64,000 nt of DNA, from the NCBI GenBank assembly GCA_905178155.1, contig CAJINV010000007.1, forward strand, positions 404,020 to 468,019. Reading direction: 5' to 3'. Below the pieces are notes generated by a model. The model had not been told where the DNA came from and made no database searches. It was given only the letters and a program-made list of their open reading frames with translations. The position numbers were made by a program, and so were the translations under genes. Shown in pieces: positions 59,601 to 64,000 of the stretch; position 1 is the stretch's first letter; each line of letters opens with the position of its first letter. Source of the DNA: Amoebophrya sp. A120 (Eukaryota > Protista > Dinoflagellata).

Positions 59601-62080
59601 ATGTCCAATCTTACTGCCATAGGAGCTACAACAGCAGCGGCATCTACTCCCGCGATGATAATGAAAAACCTCACCACTTCGCAAATCCGTGCGATTGCGG
59701 AGCTTCTGGACTCGCCGGAAACCAAGCAGCAGGTGCGACAAGAAGGAACCGCGGATCGCCGGGTCGCGGAGTGCTTCAGTACAGTTCTGAAGAATCCGAT
59801 AGAGAATTACAGCAGCGGTACTTCTGGCCAGCACGGGGAGGAAATCGAAGTCGAAGTCGAGCCTACACTTGAATTATTTCCTCACAACTTCACCGCGGCA
59901 GAATGGCGATCCTGGGTGATCTCGCAGATGAAAAATTCCCGACCGGGTGTTCCAGAAGAAGCTGCGACATCAATCACGACCGACGCAGAACTGCTCTTAA
60001 CCGACGAACTGGAGCTCTTGGCGCAGCGGGTGGGGAAAATTCAAAACTACGCGGATTTCAACGCAGTGAATGATTACAAGAAGGATGACGAACTACTTGG
60101 TACGGAGAAAGTGCGAAGGGAGCGGGAGACTGAGTTTTTGCAGGAATTACAGCAGCGGTTTGCTCTGTTCCTCTCAGCCGGAGCTGCATCTGATGTTGAG
60201 AAAAACGAGGACCGCGCGGCGGGGAGCCGTGCTGCTGGCAACTATGCGAGACCACGACCAACAAGAACTGCAGTGGAGGCGCAGCGACAGCTGTACGTTG
60301 AGTTTCTAATCAAGTGCTTCGAAGAGGAGTGTCGAAAGCTGTTCAATGGAATGAAAGACGCCGCCGCCGTTTCAGTCACCCGTTTAAAAGAAGACAGTCA
60401 AGAAGAACAAGAACTCCATGCGGAAAATTATACTAGAAGCGGCAATTGCTTCTTTGGCCTGCGGATTCGGAATCTTTCCCTGCCGAGGTTGTTTCCCGTG
60501 AGCGTTGAGGTTGACAATGATAAAACACCAGAGCTGGAATCAGACAAGCAAAAGCGGAAGCAAAATATCATCACCCTCCTCGAACTGCTGCTCACCCACT
60601 GCGGTGTGGTTTGTTTTGAGAACCAAAATGACTTCACGCCCGTATCCTGAGCAAAAACGTCCCCACCCCTAGATTCTCATGCAAATGCGCAATAACGGGA
60701 ACATTTGTGATGCGCATCTCGAGGAGAGGCGACTCCAGACGTGTTTTGGCATCTGTAATGCTGTAAACAGGATTAGAAAATGGCTTTCTCATGCGGCTTT
60801 CCTAGCTAACCAGCACTACCCTGCAGCTAGCTAACCAGCACTACCCTGCAGATGGAAACTTGCCATGCACAACTCCCAAAACTTGCAGATTTGTGTTGCA
60901 GATTGACCAACTTGACTATGGGGTGGGAACGTTTTTGCTCAGGATGCCCCGAAGAACATGTGAAAGCCTGTGAGCTGTTCGGCGGAAGGAAAGCCCACTC
61001 CACTCACTCCGTCCACTCGTTATCCCCGAGTCGCCACATCTTTCGATTGTCGAATGATCAGAAATTAGGTATAACAAACGTCGGCCCCCAGTGGCACAAC
61101 GATGGGAGCTTTGAGCGCAAAATTTTTTCGCATGTGGGTTGGTTTATGGTGCAGGCGCCCGAGAGGAACGGGGAAACCTGGTTTGCCGATACGCATGAGG
61201 CTTATAAGAAGTTGACGGAGGAAGAGAAGTACGCATTGCAAAAGTATCGTAGTAGTGCAAATCGCATGACAAGTTTTTCCTAGAAGAAAAATGAAAGTTG
61301 TCATGCAGATTCAGAGAAGAAAGCAGATCTGTAATGCAAGAGTTGCATTTGCACGAGTGCGATACTTCTGCACAGGATGAGAAGGAGTATTGGGAGCGGC
61401 TTTTTTCCGTAAATGCCACCAGCGGGGTAGTCCACCCGATGGTGTACCGGCACCCGCAGAAGATGAAAAGTAGCTTTGTGCCCCATGCGGCGGCAAGGAA
61501 AAAAGTCGCCGACGAAGAAGATACGGCAGAAATAACAGACTATGTGAACAAGCACGTCTACCTCCATTTGGGCATGACGGGCGGTATCGTTGAGTCAACA
61601 CCTGTAGAAGTCGACGACGTAGTTCTTGTCCACGATCATTCTGACAAAGCAGGTCAACAAGAAATACTGTCTCCCACCTCGTACACCCACCGACTGTTGA
61701 CGAAGCCAGAAATGGAAAAGATTTTCCATCGGTATAACGAGTTGCTAAATTCGATTTGCTACAAGCACTTCTACCGCACCAACGATTTTGTTTTGATCAA
61801 CAATTTGACCGTGGCGCACCGGGCGGACGCCACGGCGAATGCGGACTTGGTGGAGAAGATTGGGTTGAGAATTCTGCACCGAGTCACGGTCAGAGGGACG
61901 GAAGATATCGACCCGAGCGTGTGTGGTGTTGAAGGTGATTTGTCGTGCAAGGTTGCTGTCAAGACCGACTTGCCGCACACACTAGACATCTACAAGGCAA
62001 ATCCGTTTAACGAAGACGGGGTTTGGGTCAGCGGCGGCTTGGGATTTCGGTGGGACGAGAATATCAAGATGCAGAATTGA
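59601..62080 (+). CDS. TauD/TfdA-family Fe(II)/2-oxoglutarate dioxygenase with a long N-terminal extension, about 671 aa, 3 exons
   Basis: WHNDGS (HxD), GETWFAD, HPMVYRHP, NNLTVAHRA and RILHRVTV motifs. Junctions DFTP|EEHV and EEEK|EYWERL; 2016 nt after splicing. Confidence 0.9.
60643..60946. mobile_element. Introner, family B
   Basis: TSD GCCCG/CCCCG; internal 25-bp tandem duplication. Confidence 0.92.
61230..61379. mobile_element. Introner, family D
   Basis: TSD AGAAG/AGAAG. Confidence 0.92.
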
Positions 62081-63092
62081 GCGCGGCATTGTTTGAAGAG
62101 CAGTAATTAGTGCGAAACCTGTGTTGCCACACTGAACTTGTGAAGATGAAAAAACAATCTGTTTGTTTTTTGTGCGAGAAAATGTTTTTTCGAGAAGCAA
62201 CGAGAAAATGAAAATCTCGAATGGAACAATTTGAACATTTTCTGAAACTGTCGACAGTCTTTTGGGGAATATCAATCAATGCAACCGGACCAAGAAATGA
62301 ATTCCTTCGCGTGTTCATATGGTCGGTCCAACAAAACCCAGTGAAGTTCGATTGTAGTCACAAAAGTAGAAGAACTTCTAGAAAAACTAATTCCTGTGTG
62401 TAAGATAAAGCTAATCACCGTGATGAGCGGCAGATCCACTTACTTTACTTCGTTTCATAAACACTACCCGAGTGTCAGCAAACACGGCCGCAATATGTTG
62501 TGCCCGGTGCAGAGAGCACGCGGCGCTTTCTGTGTGAAAAAGCAAAATGCGTTCTTGAAATTCCGTGCTCTTTGAACGACGCACAACATCGGTGCCTCCA
62601 CTGTATAGAACGAAAAAGGACAAAATTATGTCGGTTGATGTCGTGAGACCGACAAGAGAGTCTCGTGAAGATTCGGTTGTGAACGTACCAAGCTCATCTG
62701 CCCCGAAAACAAAATATCAGTCAGACGATCTGAATAAACGTCGGCTTTTCATATCTTCTGCGTCTTAATATCGGTTGGCATAATCCATGATCTATTTTCG
62801 TGCATCGTGAGCCGCTCGGTGTACTAGCTGCAGGCCGCTCTAATACTGGTTTTAGAATAAAGACTCACCGAAGTGATGTTTCATCGCCAGTTCATATTCC
62901 AGAGCCTCGTGGCGGTTCCCCCGCTTTTTAGGTACCTTGCATAGTACTGCAGGTTCATTATTCACATGATATTTCTGCTTTTTCAAAAAAGCGTTGCTAC
63001 TATTCTGCTCGAGAAATAGATTCTTTTATTCCACAATTACAGTTTCTATCCCCACCACAACTATACCCTTTTCTGCGGATACAACCACAAAA

Positions 63093-64000
63093 ATGGATAT
63101 CGTCGTGCTCGACACGGAGAACCTCCCGGACCGCACCTATGTCTCCATTCGCATCGGAGACATGCGGCGGCAGGCTATGAGAGTGCACAACTCCCTCTCC
63201 CCCTCATTTGTAATGCAAAATCCCAAATCCTGTTGGTGCCTTGTGGCAGTGGTTGCATTGCAAATTCTGCAAGCCCAAACAGTCCAATAGTTTGGGCATG
63301 AACTTGTCATGCACAGACTCCACGTGTGTTGGTCGTTGTGATGCTGGTCATGCCAGACAAATGAGGGGGAGGGGGAGTCGTGCACTCTCATACAGGCCCC
63401 CTGGAAACCGAAATCCACTTCCAAGCCAACCGCAGTGACCGAAGGCGAGGAAGCCACGACACCCGAAACCCCGTCAAAGCCGACGGCAAGTGACTCCGTG
63501 TTTCATTTTTCCAAATCCTCCCATGCGACCATGAAAGTGGACCTGTTTCAGCACCTGGGCTCTACATCGGTTGGGATGTACAGAATGAAAAACGACGACG
63601 AGCATGTGGAAGAGTTGAAGATTGCGAACACTGCTGCTATGGTGGAGAATACTAGCGAAGTTCAGGAACAAATCATGAAGTTGAAATGCAAATGCGTGTT
63701 TCAAGACGAGAGAGTGGACGAAATGGGCAGGCAAAAGCGGCAGAGCCGACACCAAGTGACGCTGAATGCGACGAAGTATTTGGACGATCACGAGATTCAG
63801 CCGACATTGCAAGCGCTGATCCGGGCGTTGTTGGATAAACAGTATTTGAATTTCTTTGCTTGTCTTCATGCGTCATTCGCATAGACTTTGGTTTTTGAAA
63901 CATACATGGAGCAATAATTACGAACCGAAAATTCAAGTTTGTTTCACAACCCAAACCAAAACTACTGTACAGGCCCGAAGACGCGCTCGCCTTCATGGTG
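63093..64000 (+). CDS. 3'-partial gene: C2-like N-terminus plus RIIa/Dpy-30-type dimerisation motif
   Basis: MDIVVLDTENLPDRTYVSIRIGDMRRQA|PWKP... and YLDDHEIQPTLQALIRALLDKQ|PEDALAFMV after splicing. Confidence 0.8.
63176..63392. mobile_element. Introner, family E
   Basis: TSD CAGGC/CAGGC. Confidence 0.93.
63842..63972 (+). other. Canonical GT-AG intron (131 nt), the only conventional intron found in a host gene
   Basis: GTATTT...TACAG, AT-rich, no TIR; removal completes the KQPEDALAF motif. Confidence 0.85.

Noticed and set aside
4431-61379. Nucleosome-length quantisation of element size or spacing
   Set aside because: Some sizes are near 150 or 300, but many are 210-280 and exons range from about 30 nt to over 1 kb. 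Not supportable by eye.

Overview
Eukaryotic nuclear DNA, most likely from an Amoebophrya-type parasitic dinoflagellate (Syndiniales); this is inferred from intron architecture and was not checked by a search. The fragmented ORF track hides seven host genes whose exons are interrupted by 64 non-coding TIR elements, plus 2 elements nested inside others. Most are 145-420 bp and fall into about 11 TIR families. Nearly all have 5'-TAT...ATA-3' ends, a 5-bp target-site duplication (TSD) and internal GCATNACAA motifs. Removing each element plus one TSD copy restores continuous reading frames: about 699 aa (3618-7686, 8 elements), about 854 aa (8878-16195, 17), about 1811 aa and 1846 aa for two tandem paralogues (17909-32035, 19; 33768-44239, 16), 461 aa (45855-47527, 1), a 671-aa TauD-family dioxygenase (59601-62080, 2) and a partial RIIa/Dpy-30-motif gene (63093 onward). 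The elements are therefore inferred to be spliced transposon-introns (introners), mostly without GT-AG. Introners are published for Amoebophrya. This window adds nine presence/absence sites between paralogues, copies in both orientations, a nested 'twintron', a chimeric-TIR element and a 2.85-kb intron carrying a hairpin satellite. It also holds an 8.6-kb Ty1/copia LTR retrotransposon with a gag UGA-CUA readthrough junction and a tRNA-His-like PBS, a 1.8-kb TIR element, and a perfect 62-bp palindrome next to telomere-like repeats. All coordinates were read by hand and may be off by a few bases.
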